A stretch of 64,000 bases of DNA from Candidatus Pacearchaeota archaeon (GCA_018304985.1 JAGVWP010000001.1:3913-67912); one strand, 5' to 3'. Counted from the first letter of the stretch, positions 9,250 to 19,906 are shown. Notes: generated from the sequence alone by a model not told the origin. Translations and numbers: made by a program.

Positions 9250-11154
9250 TTACCTTGCAGATTCTATTCTTTCCCAATTATCAACACTTTTAAATTTTTT
9301 AATTTTTGTATTATAAAAAACAAGTATCCACATATATAATCGAGCTAAAATTAATTCCAATGTCCAAAATCCCTCTTTAAATGTAGTTGGATAAGTTATT
9401 ATATGTATAAAACCTTCTAATGTTTCATTTTTAAACGATTTTACTCTAGGAGTAATTTTAGTATCTGCATATTTATCCAGTGTTTCATGAGCTTTAGCAG
9501 TTCTTACTTTTTGTTTTATCCAATCTTTCCAGTTGCTAACATTTTTTACATAAACTCTAGCATTTTCAGCATATCCTATTTTATACCCCTTTTCCCAGAA
9601 ATAATAAGGAATAATTGTGTCCTCCGCAGTATCTAATGGTATCTCTATTTTATTATCTCCCCTAAATGCAAAAAGATATCCAGAACACTCTATAAAAGAA
9701 TTACTTTCAAATGCTTTCATTCTTAACTTATTTGCTGCTTCAAATAAAAAATTGGCCCAATAACCATACTTATCTTTTCTTGATTCTATAGGAACCGGTC
9801 TTCCAGTAACACATCCTATTTCAGGATCTAAGAATAAATTTGTTATTTCTTCAATTACATTATCACTTATAAATACGTCCCCGTCTGTCAATATTAAAAT
9901 ATCCTCTTTTTTTGTATTCTTTATTAACAGATTCAAAGCATACATTTTTCCTTTTCCAGGATCTTTAAATAATTTTATCTCTTTATTATGCTTAGAATAT
10001 TTTTTTGCAATATTCAAAGTTTCCTCGTCAGGAGCAGAGACGAGAATACCATAATCATATTTTGTTTTTTGGTTTAAAGCAGATTCAATTGCTCTGCCGA
10101 TATTTAGTTCTCTAAAAGCAGTTATAATTAATAAAATTTTAAAATTGATCATTTCTTCAATTGATCTAATTATTTCATGTAATGAAATTTTTCCCATGCT
10201 TTTACAATTCCTGCTATAACAGCATAAACAATTTGACTTTGCAATTATTTTTTTACCAAGACCATACATATCTATCTCATGATTTGATGTTGGTCCTATA
10301 AGCACAATTGTTTTCCTTTTCAAGGCAAGAGCAATATGAAGTCCAAGTGTATCCGAGGTTATAAATAAATTGCAAATACTCACTAATGCTGGAAATTCTA
10401 CTAGATCATTTCCACAACCAGTACTAATTATAGGCGCTTTAGCTAATTTAATTACCTCCATATTTCTTGTGGTTTCCTCAGGTCCTCCAAAAAGAAGAAT
10501 TTTTGCATTAAATTTATTATGAATTTCTTCAATTAATTTAACAGTCATTTTTATTGGCAGATCCTTGGGCCATCTTTCCCCAGATCCAGTATTAATACCT
10601 ACAATTAAATCGCTTCTGGACAAATTATGTCTCCTTAAAAAATCATTTGCAATAATTCTTTGGTCAGTATTTAATCTTAAAAATGGTTCATATTTTTCAA
10701 AATCTTTTATATCTATAATTGCAGACATAAGCTGTCTATGGGTCTTAATATTCTCTTTTTTTAAAATATCTGCTTTCTTTTTTCCATATTTACTAATTAA
10801 AGAGGTATTAAACCATTCTTCTGTCTCTGATGTATAAATTATTTTATTGTCTTTATCCAAAAAAGCCCCTAATAACTTTTTTGTATTTAAAAAAGAAACA
10901 AATTTTGCACTATCTTCATCTTCTTCAAGATTAATAACAAGATCAAAATTAATACTTTTCAGTTTTTCTTTATCTTCCTCTGCAACTATTTGATAAACAT
11001 AAGGATTATTAACAAACAAAGAAATTGCTTTTTTACTAGTAACCCAAAAAACCTTGGGGTCTTTATTTTTATACTTATCTTTTAAAGCTTGGGCTAAAAA
11101 ACTTGTTCTTACCACATCTCCCAAAGCTCCTGTCTTTATAATTAATATATTCAT
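9250..11154 (-). CDS. GT9 (heptosyltransferase-like) + GT2 fusion
   Basis: N-half: IIKTGALGDVVRT, NNPYV and SDTLGLHIALAL..TIVLIGPT. C-half: GKGK.YALN, LTDGD and AEDT. Confidence 0.85.
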   Translation of the reverse strand: MNILIIKTGALGDVVRTSFLAQALKDKYKNKDPKVFWVTSKKAISLFVNNPYVYQIVAEEDKEKLKSINFDLVINLEEDEDSAKFVSFLNTKKLLGAFLDKDNKIIYTSETEEWFNTSLISKYGKKKADILKKENIKTHRQLMSAIIDIKDFEKYEPFLRLNTDQRIIANDFLRRHNLSRSDLIVGINTGSGERWPKDLPIKMTVKLIEEIHNKFNAKILLFGGPEETTRNMEVIKLAKAPIISTGCGNDLVEFPALVSICNLFITSDTLGLHIALALKRKTIVLIGPTSNHEIDMYGLGKKIIAKSNCLCCYSRNCKSMGKISLHEIIRSIEEMINFKILLIITAFRELNIGRAIESALNQKTKYDYGILVSAPDEETLNIAKKYSKHNKEIKLFKDPGKGKMYALNLLIKNTKKEDILILTDGDVFISDNVIEEITNLFLDPEIGCVTGRPVPIESRKDKYGYWANFLFEAANKLRMKAFESNSFIECSGYLFAFRGDNKIEIPLDTAEDTIIPYYFWEKGYKIGYAENARVYVKNVSNWKDWIKQKVRTAKAHETLDKYADTKITPRVKSFKNETLEGFIHIITYPTTFKEGFWTLELILARLYMWILVFYNTKIKKFKSVDNWERIESAR

Positions 11155-11248
11155 AGTAAAAGATGCTTATAGGTATTTAAAAACATTTAGACTCCATAAA
11201 TATGTTATATATAACAATATTTAAATAATTATTTAAAATAAGCTATAA

Positions 11249-11746
11249 ATGATAGAATTAGAAAAAAAACTACTCTCAATAGAAGAAATTAGTGAAATAA
11301 TTAACCCATTAAAAAATATTGGTAAGATAATAGTAACTACTAGCGGAAGTTTTGATATATTGCATTCAGCCCATGTCCATTTTCTTCAAAAAGCTAAAAA
11401 AGAGGGGGATGTGCTTATAGTTTTGCTGAATACTGATAGTTCAATCAAAAGAAATAAAGGAGAAAAAAGACCAATAGTCCCTGAAGATGAAAGAGCTAAA
11501 ATGCTTGTCTCTTTAGAATGTGTTGATTATGTTGTGATTTTTAATGAAGATAAGCCATTAAAATTACTGGAGATGATAAAGCCAAATATACATGTAAAAG
11601 GTGGAAGCTTTATTCCTGAAAGAATTAAAGAAGAAAAAGAACTCTTGGACTCATGGGAAGGAAAATATAAAACCTTTGAATTAGAAGAAGGATATTCCAC
11701 AACAAATATTATTCAAACTATATTAGAAAAATATAACAACATATAA
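11249..11746 (+). CDS. Heptose-1-phosphate adenylyltransferase-like nucleotidyltransferase (RfaE/HldE domain II)
   Basis: GSFDILHSAH, LNTDSSIKRNKGEKRPI, VKGG and GYSTT motifs. Confidence 0.85.
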   Translation: MIELEKKLLSIEEISEIINPLKNIGKIIVTTSGSFDILHSAHVHFLQKAKKEGDVLIVLLNTDSSIKRNKGEKRPIVPEDERAKMLVSLECVDYVVIFNEDKPLKLLEMIKPNIHVKGGSFIPERIKEEKELLDSWEGKYKTFELEEGYSTTNIIQTILEKYNNI

Positions 11747-11749
11747 AAA

Positions 11750-12421
11750 ATGCCCGAAAAAATGAAAATAAAATTTCATGCAACGGAAAATCAATATAAA
11801 CCCGTAGTGAGATATTTGAGAAATTACAGAAAAAAAGCAAAACTTATTGAAATTGGTGCCGGAGGTAGAACACTGCAAAAATTTCTTCCAGAAAATATCT
11901 CTTATTATAGCCTGGATTTTGACCCAAACTATGGCAAAGCTTTTTTCAAAGCAAAGCATGATTATCATTTTGACTTAGATAAAGGCAAACTTCCAGTTAA
12001 AGACAAATCTTATGATATTATTGTCTGCCTTGAGACTTTAGAGCATGTTATGTATCCCCAGAAAGTTGTGGATGAAATGAAAAGAGTTGCTAAAGACGAT
12101 GCAATCTTCTTTATATCAATTCCCAATGAGTATAATATCCTTCTTAGGTTGTATTATCTTTTTGGAAAAAAGCATAAAATGGATGAGACTTTTATGGTTG
12201 TTGAGAAGCATCTACATATACACAAGCCAAGAGTCAAGGATATTATAGGATTCTATAACAAGAACTTTACTATAAAAAAACTAGATTATATCTGGCAGTC
12301 AAGAAGCAGCATGTATTCAAAAATGGTTTATTTTATAGACAGAATAATTGATATTTTTGCAAAGATATATCCCAGTTTATTTGCAAAGATAATTTTAGTG
12401 AGAGCTGAGAAGAAAATTTAG
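11750..12421 (+). CDS. Class I SAM-dependent methyltransferase
   Basis: IEIGAGG and YDIIVCLETLEHV motifs. Confidence 0.85.
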   Translation: MPEKMKIKFHATENQYKPVVRYLRNYRKKAKLIEIGAGGRTLQKFLPENISYYSLDFDPNYGKAFFKAKHDYHFDLDKGKLPVKDKSYDIIVCLETLEHVMYPQKVVDEMKRVAKDDAIFFISIPNEYNILLRLYYLFGKKHKMDETFMVVEKHLHIHKPRVKDIIGFYNKNFTIKKLDYIWQSRSSMYSKMVYFIDRIIDIFAKIYPSLFAKIILVRAEKKI

Positions 12422-12569
12422 TTTTATTGTTATGTATTTGAAAACATGCCATAACTTTACATTATTTATATCTAGTAAGTGTCTGATATTCATTAATATA
12501 ATATGATTAATTATCTAAACATACTTAATAATAACCTAAAAATCAGGGAAAGATATTGCAGTATTTCAA

Positions 12570-12646
12570 AATAGAAGACACCAATGGTTTCTTCTATAAT
12601 AACTTCCTTTTAGATGCCAAGGTTTCTTTTATGAAGCTTCCTTTTA
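12570..12646 (+). repeat. Intergenic hairpin repeat family A (two units)
   Basis: Hairpin atagaagacaccaatggtttcttctat followed by aacttcctttt, then a second degenerate unit. Confidence 0.75.
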
Positions 12647-12669
12647 AATTTTATTATTTTTCAAAAATC

Positions 12670-13818
12670 TTAATCTTCATTAAACAAAACAGTTATTTCT
12701 TGTATTATCTTTTTCCAGCTGAATTTTTCAACTGACTTTCTGGCATTTTTTCTTATATTTAATATTTTTCTTTGATTTTTCTTATTTAGAATATAATTTA
12801 TTTTTTCTGCAAGCGCTTTTTCATCTCCTATATTAAATAAAAATCCGTTTTCAGTATCTTGGATTAAGTCTTTAGAAGCAAAATTATTGCTTGCAATAAC
12901 AATTTTTTGCCTTGACATAGCTTCGACAAGAGCCTGAGGCATGCCTTCTGCCTTACTCGGTAAAACAAATATCTTACATGAGTCTATTTTTTTTATTTTC
13001 TCTTTTAAATCATAGATTGGAGATGAAAAAACAACACTTTCTTTTAAGTTTAAATTATTAATCAATAAATCCAATTTCTTTTTATATTCCTCTTCAGCAG
13101 GACCGACAATCTCAATAATTATTTTTTTATCATTAGCATAGACAAGAGATTTTATCAGTGTTTCAAGACTTTTAATGGGCGAGATTCTTCCCAAAAAAAG
13201 AATTTTATTAAATTCATTTTTTTTATTAGATTTGTATTTAAAAAAATCCTCTGGAATTCCATTAGGAATATATGCCATTTGCTCTTTTTTTAATCCCAAC
13301 TCAAGTAAATATGGCTCTTCCCATTTAGTTATTGTTATAACTTTATTAAAATTATTCAGTGTTAATCTACCAATTATATTGTCATAAAACAACACTATTG
13401 TCTCGGATAATAAGCCTCTTGTTCTTGCAAATGGAGCATGAGTAACTAAAAATACCTTGCAATTAATATTTGCTTCTTTTAACTTTTTTGCTAATTTTAA
13501 TGCTTTTGTAGTATGTAAGTGCCTGTAGCTATGGGCAATAATTATATCAGGATGAAAATCAAGTGCTTTCTGCTGCGCATTTTTATCAAACCAATACATA
13601 AAGCTCTCACCGCCAAATTTTCTGAATGGAAATCTTTCTATTTTTACATTTCCAATTTTATCTTCTGCTGAAGCAAGTTCATTTGTTCCTTTAACTGAAT
13701 TTGATGAGAAAACAACAACTTCGTGTCCTTTTTTAGAAAGCAATTCTGACTCCTGTTTCACTCTTTGCCATACTCCACAAATTCCTGCTGAGAAATGGCA
13801 TAATTCTAAGATTTTCAT
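12670..13818 (-). CDS. GT4 glycosyltransferase
   Basis: IPNGI, FLGRISPIK and FVLPSKAEGMPQALVEAMS motifs. Confidence 0.9.
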   Translation of the reverse strand: MKILELCHFSAGICGVWQRVKQESELLSKKGHEVVVFSSNSVKGTNELASAEDKIGNVKIERFPFRKFGGESFMYWFDKNAQQKALDFHPDIIIAHSYRHLHTTKALKLAKKLKEANINCKVFLVTHAPFARTRGLLSETIVLFYDNIIGRLTLNNFNKVITITKWEEPYLLELGLKKEQMAYIPNGIPEDFFKYKSNKKNEFNKILFLGRISPIKSLETLIKSLVYANDKKIIIEIVGPAEEEYKKKLDLLINNLNLKESVVFSSPIYDLKEKIKKIDSCKIFVLPSKAEGMPQALVEAMSRQKIVIASNNFASKDLIQDTENGFLFNIGDEKALAEKINYILNKKNQRKILNIRKNARKSVEKFSWKKIIQEITVLFNED

Positions 13819-13838
13819 ATTAATCTATGTAATTTTAC

Positions 13839-14630
13839 TTAATTTATAAGTTCATTCATCTTGACAAAATCGTGTTTTTTCTTTAAATAACCTACCATAA
13901 AGTCAAAATTCTCTATAACTCGATTGTGTGGGAAATTTCTATCAATTTTGCTTCTTGGAAGAGATATAAAATCCCATGAATGAGCATAGAAAACAGCGTC
14001 TTTATAGATTAATTCAAGCAGTTTAAAATAAATTTTTTGAGCAGATTTAGGAAATACCCTTGGGAGTATTGAAACAAATGGCAAGCCTAAAGAACTTGTA
14101 GGAATCTCAATTAAATTATGTGATTTATGTTTTCTTGGATTTGAGCAAAAGTTCAATAAATTGCTTTTAATTCTTTTTGGGAAAAAAGCCACTTGCAATA
14201 AATTTAACGGGGTTTTTGATGAGTCATATTTAAAACCATGATGAGAAAGTATTTTTGAAGTATTTATATCAACAGAATGCTGAGCAGCCCTAAATCCCAT
14301 TGGATGCTGGTTGAGATATTTTTTAAAAACATGTATTGATTTTTTAATAGATTCTTCTTTCTGCTCTAAATTAAGATCATCAAACCTAACATGTCTGTAT
14401 CCGTGAGAAGCAATTTCATGGCCATTTTTCTTTAAATTCTGAAATATTTTTGGATAATTTTCAATGCAATCAGAGGTTGTAAAAAAGGTTGCTTTTACTT
14501 TATGTTTATCTAAAATAGATAAAATTCTTGGTATTCCTTCTGTTATTCCAATGAATTCTCCCGAATGCAGATCTGGCTCAACATCAAAACTTAGTGAGAT
14601 TCTCATTTTACTATCTCTTTTATTAAACAA
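13839..14630 (-). CDS. Polysaccharide deacetylase (CE4/NodB-like)
   Basis: SFDVE, ATFF, HEIASHGYRH, GFRA and YDSS motifs. Confidence 0.88.
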   Translation of the reverse strand: MFNKRDSKMRISLSFDVEPDLHSGEFIGITEGIPRILSILDKHKVKATFFTTSDCIENYPKIFQNLKKNGHEIASHGYRHVRFDDLNLEQKEESIKKSIHVFKKYLNQHPMGFRAAQHSVDINTSKILSHHGFKYDSSKTPLNLLQVAFFPKRIKSNLLNFCSNPRKHKSHNLIEIPTSSLGLPFVSILPRVFPKSAQKIYFKLLELIYKDAVFYAHSWDFISLPRSKIDRNFPHNRVIENFDFMVGYLKKKHDFVKMNELIN

Positions 14631-14658
14631 TCAAGTTTATGTATTAAAATATAAAAGA

Positions 14659-16869
14659 TCAATCGACAAAAACCTTTTCTCCATTTTTTATCTTTTCAAT
14701 AATCATTTTGGATATTTCTGGCCTCATAAACCAGTTAGGTAGTTGTTTACCTGATTGAAGTATTTCTCGTGCTTGAGTTCCAGAAATATGAAGTTTATGT
14801 TCTTCAGGATGATCTAAAAATTCTGATTCATGAATATAATCATTTTCAAGATCTGAGTAAAACACTTTATCGAATTTTATTGGTTCTATTCCTAATTCCT
14901 CTTTTGTGAAATTATCAAATATTTTATGTGACATATTGGGATGATAAAAGTTTTCTACACCTGTATGATCTCTACCGATAATAAAATGTGAGCATCCAAA
15001 GTTTTTTCTAGCAAGAGCAGTAAAAACTGCTTCACGAGGACCACAGTATCTAGAGTAAGTTGCAAATGTTCCAAGAATTACTAAGGATTTAGGATAAAAT
15101 TCTTCTATCATCTTCTCGTAAGCATTTATTATTACTTCTGATTCAAAATCTCCTGATTTTTTCTTGCCTATAACTGGATGTACTAGTAATCCATCACACA
15201 ATCCTTTTTTCATACCTTCAAGTTGAATGAATTCATGAGATTTATGAATTACATTTCTTGTATGAAATCCGAGTACTTTAGACCAACCTCTCTCAGCAAA
15301 AATCTTTCTTGTTTGATGAGGAGTTAGTTCATATATTTTATTTTTTGAATTTCTTCTTTTTAGTAATGTAACTTTTCCTCCAAGAAAATTATTTCCTTTA
15401 TCCAAAAACATCCTCACCCCGGGATGAGTTCTATCAGTAGTGCCATATACTTTTTCAGCTATTTTTTCTTTATCTACTGAATATATCTCATCCAAATGCA
15501 TTATTCCATAAACTTCATTATTATAAGATAAAGCAACTTCTTCCCCTTGACTAAGGTTTTTTCTAACATCCTCATCAACCATTAAAACAATAGGGATTGG
15601 CCAGACTAACCCATTAGGTAACTTCATATTATCTGCTACAGAATTTAATTCTTCTTTATTCATAAATCCCTCGAGAGGGCTAAATGCTCCTATCGCAATT
15701 TGTTCTACATCCATTAATGTTTCCTCATCTACCTCTAATTTTTTCTCTGGAATTGGTCCAGGATAATTTGAATCTAAACGATTAATTAATTTACCACCGT
15801 GTGGTTTTGGAAGTAAGTCAGGAGTTTCTAAAGAAAGAGCGTAGTTTAACTCTTCAAGTTTGTCAATAAGATTTTCTTTTTTGCTTTTATCTAAAAATCT
15901 TATTTGATTTAGCAATAATAAAAGAGTGTTAACTGTTTCTACAGGGTATTTTCCTACTGCAGTTTCTTTAGTTAGGGCTATACCTGTTGCTCCATCTAAA
16001 ATCGTGTTAATTATATCATTAACTTCCCCCTTACTTGGTTTTAAAGCAAAGGCCATTTGTTCTAAAGTATTTGTTGCTACAAAAACTTCTTTTCCTAAAT
16101 CTCTTACTTTTTTGATAATTAATTTTTGAATAAATGGAATTTTTTCTAGAGGAACTTGACTGCTTAAATCTCCTCTATCTATTAGTATTCCATCAGAAAC
16201 TTGGGCTATTTTTTCGAAGTTCTCCAGACCTTTTTTTGATTCTATTTTAGAATACAATGTAACTTCAGGATAATTTTCTCTGAATTTTATAACACTCTCT
16301 GGGTTTTCCATGAATGATAAAGTAAAATGCTTGATATTATACTTTTTAGCAAGAGCTACTGCAGCATAATCTTTTTTACTAAAAGGGGGTAGATTAAATG
16401 TAGGACTATCTATTTGTACTGCTTTTTTCCCCCCGATTAATCCTCCAATAACTACTTTACATAAAATATACCCATTATCTCTTTCAGAAGTATCGAAAAT
16501 ACGTAGTAACACTGAATTAAAATCAATAGAAATTAGATCCCCTTCTTGTAATTTTTTAAATACTCCTTCAGGTTTTAAAAATAAATTTTGAGCATCACAT
16601 TCTATTTTATTTCCAAAGATTTTAACCATCCCTGATTCCTGAAATGTTATTTCCTTTATATTTCCAGATCTTATTTGTGACCCTTCTGTATCTAGAATAA
16701 TTGGCACTCCATAACCTAAAAGGTCTTTTATTCTCTGTTCTATATCTTTCTCTTCTGTATGAGATAGATTAATCCTGAAAAAATTAACTCCTCTGTCTTT
16801 AAGCTTCACTAATACCTCTTCTTTATTTGATGAGGGGCCAATAGTACAAATTATTTTATGATTTACCAT
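14659..16869 (-). CDS. Pyruvate kinase-like domain fused to sulfate adenylyltransferase (ATP sulfurylase)
   Basis: N-terminal KIICTIGPSS, RINLSH, KIE, DRGDL and ETAVGKYPVE. C-terminal PHGGKL, GAFSPLEGFM, HTRNVIHKSHE, GPREA, HFIIGRDH, ISGT and FMRPE. Confidence 0.9.
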   Translation of the reverse strand: MVNHKIICTIGPSSNKEEVLVKLKDRGVNFFRINLSHTEEKDIEQRIKDLLGYGVPIILDTEGSQIRSGNIKEITFQESGMVKIFGNKIECDAQNLFLKPEGVFKKLQEGDLISIDFNSVLLRIFDTSERDNGYILCKVVIGGLIGGKKAVQIDSPTFNLPPFSKKDYAAVALAKKYNIKHFTLSFMENPESVIKFRENYPEVTLYSKIESKKGLENFEKIAQVSDGILIDRGDLSSQVPLEKIPFIQKLIIKKVRDLGKEVFVATNTLEQMAFALKPSKGEVNDIINTILDGATGIALTKETAVGKYPVETVNTLLLLLNQIRFLDKSKKENLIDKLEELNYALSLETPDLLPKPHGGKLINRLDSNYPGPIPEKKLEVDEETLMDVEQIAIGAFSPLEGFMNKEELNSVADNMKLPNGLVWPIPIVLMVDEDVRKNLSQGEEVALSYNNEVYGIMHLDEIYSVDKEKIAEKVYGTTDRTHPGVRMFLDKGNNFLGGKVTLLKRRNSKNKIYELTPHQTRKIFAERGWSKVLGFHTRNVIHKSHEFIQLEGMKKGLCDGLLVHPVIGKKKSGDFESEVIINAYEKMIEEFYPKSLVILGTFATYSRYCGPREAVFTALARKNFGCSHFIIGRDHTGVENFYHPNMSHKIFDNFTKEELGIEPIKFDKVFYSDLENDYIHESEFLDHPEEHKLHISGTQAREILQSGKQLPNWFMRPEISKMIIEKIKNGEKVFVD

Positions 16870-16927
16870 CTTTTCATTAAAAATCTCTGATGTAAAAGTA
16901 TTTAAACGTTTTTGTTATACCTCAATT

Positions 16928-17842
16928 ATGGGCTCTAATAACTCAAGTGTTGATTTTGTGGGAATTGGTGTTGGAAGATCTGGAACAATTTGGATTTTAA
17001 ATGCTTTAGCAGAACATAAAGGAATTTGGTTTCCTTATACTAAAGAATTAAACTATTTTTCAAACCCCCATGGTGGAGAAGTAAGCGAGTATGACAAAAG
17101 AGGGATAAATGGGTACTTAGATTTGTTTAAAGAGTGTCCTAAAAATAAGATTAAGGGCGAATTTAGTTCACATTATATGCCTGATCCAAAGGTGCCAAAA
17201 ATATTGAAGAAGCATTTTCCAAATGTGAAAATATGGGCCATATTAAGAGATCCTGTTGAAAGAGCATTTTCAGATTATGTTAGAGGAAAGGAGTTCCATC
17301 TGAAAGAGAAAGATAGTTTTGAAGAAGCATTTTTCGCTGAAAAAAACATATTGTATAAAAAGGGTGACGGATATCAAGAACGAGGGTATTATTATAAACA
17401 TTTAAAGAGATATTTTGAACTATTTTCTAGAGAAAATATTAAGATAATTCTATATGATGATTTTAAAAAGGATAATGAAAAAGTAATAAAAGAACTCTAT
17501 GAATTTCTAGGAGTAGATCCTCTTTTCAAACCATCAATTATTGGGAAAAGGATAAATGAGCGTACTGGAACAAAGTTTAGAGGAATTAAGAAAGTAATAA
17601 CTTTCTTAGCAAAAATTTCGCATAAATTGGAAGAGGGTATGATAGGTAAGTTGATTTATACAATTAAAAGAAAAACAGGAATAAACAGATTTTTTAATCA
17701 GCTAAATGAACTAAACACAAAGAAAGAGGTTGAAAAGGAGAAATTAGATCCAGAATTAAGAGATAAATTAAAAGTAGTTTATTTAGATGATATAACAAAA
17801 CTTGAGAAGCTTATAGGAAGGGATTTAAGTGAATGGAAATAA
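16928..17842 (+). CDS. PAPS-dependent sulfotransferase
   Basis: 5'-PSB loop GVGRSGT, KELNYF, and 3'-PB motif ILRDPVERAFSDY. Confidence 0.88.
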   Translation: MGSNNSSVDFVGIGVGRSGTIWILNALAEHKGIWFPYTKELNYFSNPHGGEVSEYDKRGINGYLDLFKECPKNKIKGEFSSHYMPDPKVPKILKKHFPNVKIWAILRDPVERAFSDYVRGKEFHLKEKDSFEEAFFAEKNILYKKGDGYQERGYYYKHLKRYFELFSRENIKIILYDDFKKDNEKVIKELYEFLGVDPLFKPSIIGKRINERTGTKFRGIKKVITFLAKISHKLEEGMIGKLIYTIKRKTGINRFFNQLNELNTKKEVEKEKLDPELRDKLKVVYLDDITKLEKLIGRDLSEWK

Positions 17843-17900
17843 AGCATAATTTTTTATGAATAAATATTTAAATAGGTTTGATAATAATTTTTAGGTTAAA

Positions 17901-19061
17901 ATGATAAAAAATATTGGTATTGTTGCTACTCCAAATATTTCTACAGGAGGGGGTTTTCCAAGAGTTGTCAGAGATTTAATAGCTTCATTAAATGAATTAA
18001 ATTATAAAGTTAGTTTAATGACTCCTTTTACATTAGATTATGAAAAAATAAAGGAGTTATACGGTCCAATAAAACTTGAAAAAGTGCATTATCCAAGCGG
18101 TTTTAAGAAGAAATTCTGCAAAGAAGACAGTATAACAAGAAGGTTAATGAAATCAGAATTCTTAAAAATGTTTAATGAAAATGATTTGGTAATCGATATG
18201 GATGGGAAAATTTTGGATAAGTATCTTAGTACTGAAGAAAAAAAGCGGTATATTATATGGAGAGTTTCTTGCGCTTATTCAGATACTAAAAAATTTCCGG
18301 AGATGAGGAGAGGGTTGAGCAGAAAAGGGAAAGAAATTCTTAAAGATTTATTAAACACAAAATCTACAAGACCTGGAAAAGATATTAAAATATATTCATT
18401 AGATGAATGGACTGCTAAAGAACTTAAATATTATTGGAATTTAAATTCTGCTGGTTTTTTAAATCCAGAAATACAGGTAGAACATATAAAATACAAAGGA
18501 CAAAAAAAGAAAAATCAAATAGCTGTTTTAGGAAGAATAGCCAGAAATAAAAAAATACATGATTCAATAGAAATATTTTCTAAAGGAACTAGCAAATTTA
18601 AAGATTATAAATTAGTCATTCTTGGAGGAGCAACTCCTGATTCTGATTTATATATTAAAGAATTAAGTAACCAAATTGAAAGATTAAATATTAAAGAAAG
18701 AGTTGAGATGATTCCAAATCCTTCATTTGAGAAGATTAAGGAAATTTTGCTTAATTCAAAAATACTTATTGATTCACAACAAGGAGTTAGTTTGACAATG
18801 ACTGCAATTGAAGCTATGGCTGCTGGTTGTATTGTTTTAGCAACAAAAAATGGGGGAACATATTTAGAAGTTTTAGGCAAAGGTAAATATGGTTTTGGTT
18901 TTGATAATATTAAAGAAGGTGGAAATAAGTTAGAACAGATAATACTTGAATTAAATAGCAAAAAACTTAACTACCATAAATTTATTAAAGGAGCTGATAA
19001 ATTCTCTCATAAAAATTTTATTAAAAGGCTAAAAGAGATTATAAATAATATAAACGTTTAA
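17901..19061 (+). CDS. GT4 glycosyltransferase
   Basis: LGRIARNK and IEAMAAGC motifs. Confidence 0.8.
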   Translation: MIKNIGIVATPNISTGGGFPRVVRDLIASLNELNYKVSLMTPFTLDYEKIKELYGPIKLEKVHYPSGFKKKFCKEDSITRRLMKSEFLKMFNENDLVIDMDGKILDKYLSTEEKKRYIIWRVSCAYSDTKKFPEMRRGLSRKGKEILKDLLNTKSTRPGKDIKIYSLDEWTAKELKYYWNLNSAGFLNPEIQVEHIKYKGQKKKNQIAVLGRIARNKKIHDSIEIFSKGTSKFKDYKLVILGGATPDSDLYIKELSNQIERLNIKERVEMIPNPSFEKIKEILLNSKILIDSQQGVSLTMTAIEAMAAGCIVLATKNGGTYLEVLGKGKYGFGFDNIKEGGNKLEQIILELNSKKLNYHKFIKGADKFSHKNFIKRLKEIINNINV

Positions 19062-19090
19062 ATATACAAAATAGGATAAATTAAAGTAAA

Positions 19091-19852
19091 ATGGCAGAAA
19101 AAGCTTTTGATATGGATTATGCAAAGTATTATGATATTTTTAATCAGGGAAAAAATTACGAGCAAGAAGCAGAATTTTTAGACCGGGTATTTAAGAAATA
19201 TTCAAAAAATCAAATTAAAACAATTCTTAATCTTGGATGCGGGACAGGAATGCATGATATAGAATTAAGCAAAGAAGGATATTCAGTTATGGGATTGGAT
19301 CTTTCTGCAGATATGATAGAAATTGCAAAATCAAGAAATATTCCTAATACTGAATTTGTTGTTGGAAATATGTCTAATTTTTCTCTTAATAATAAATTTG
19401 GCGCATGCATAAGCATGTTTGCGACATTTGGATACCAGCTTGAGAATAAAGATATAAAATCTTCATTTGAATGTATTAAAAATCATCTGCTTCCTGGAGG
19501 ATTAGTAATTATTGAAGTATGGAATGGACTTGGAGTTTTAAGAGAATTGCCAAGCAGCAGAAAAAAAGAAATAATCCATGGAGATATTTTAATAAAAAGA
19601 CAGAGTTTCCCAGTTTTTGATGCATTTAATCATAAAGTTGATATTAATTTTAAAGTTGATATATTCAAAAATAATGAATCTGTTGAAAGTTATGAAGAAA
19701 TGCATAAAATGAGATTTTTCTTCCCGCAAGAGTTCATAAAATATGTAGAAGATGCGGGATTTGAGGTTCTTGAAATATGTGATACTTTCAAGCTTGGAAG
19801 CAAAGTTAATGAGAACAACTGGAATATGGTTTTGATCGCTAGGTTAAAATGA
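19091..19852 (+). CDS. Class I SAM-dependent methyltransferase (sugar methyltransferase-like)
   Basis: YAKYYD, LNLGCGTGMH, GLDLS and HLLPGG motifs. Confidence 0.88.
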   Translation: MAEKAFDMDYAKYYDIFNQGKNYEQEAEFLDRVFKKYSKNQIKTILNLGCGTGMHDIELSKEGYSVMGLDLSADMIEIAKSRNIPNTEFVVGNMSNFSLNNKFGACISMFATFGYQLENKDIKSSFECIKNHLLPGGLVIIEVWNGLGVLRELPSSRKKEIIHGDILIKRQSFPVFDAFNHKVDINFKVDIFKNNESVESYEEMHKMRFFFPQEFIKYVEDAGFEVLEICDTFKLGSKVNENNWNMVLIARLK

Positions 19853-19906
19853 TAACTAGTATAATATTATAATAAAGCTTAAAAGAGATTTATTCTTAGT
19901 GTTTTT

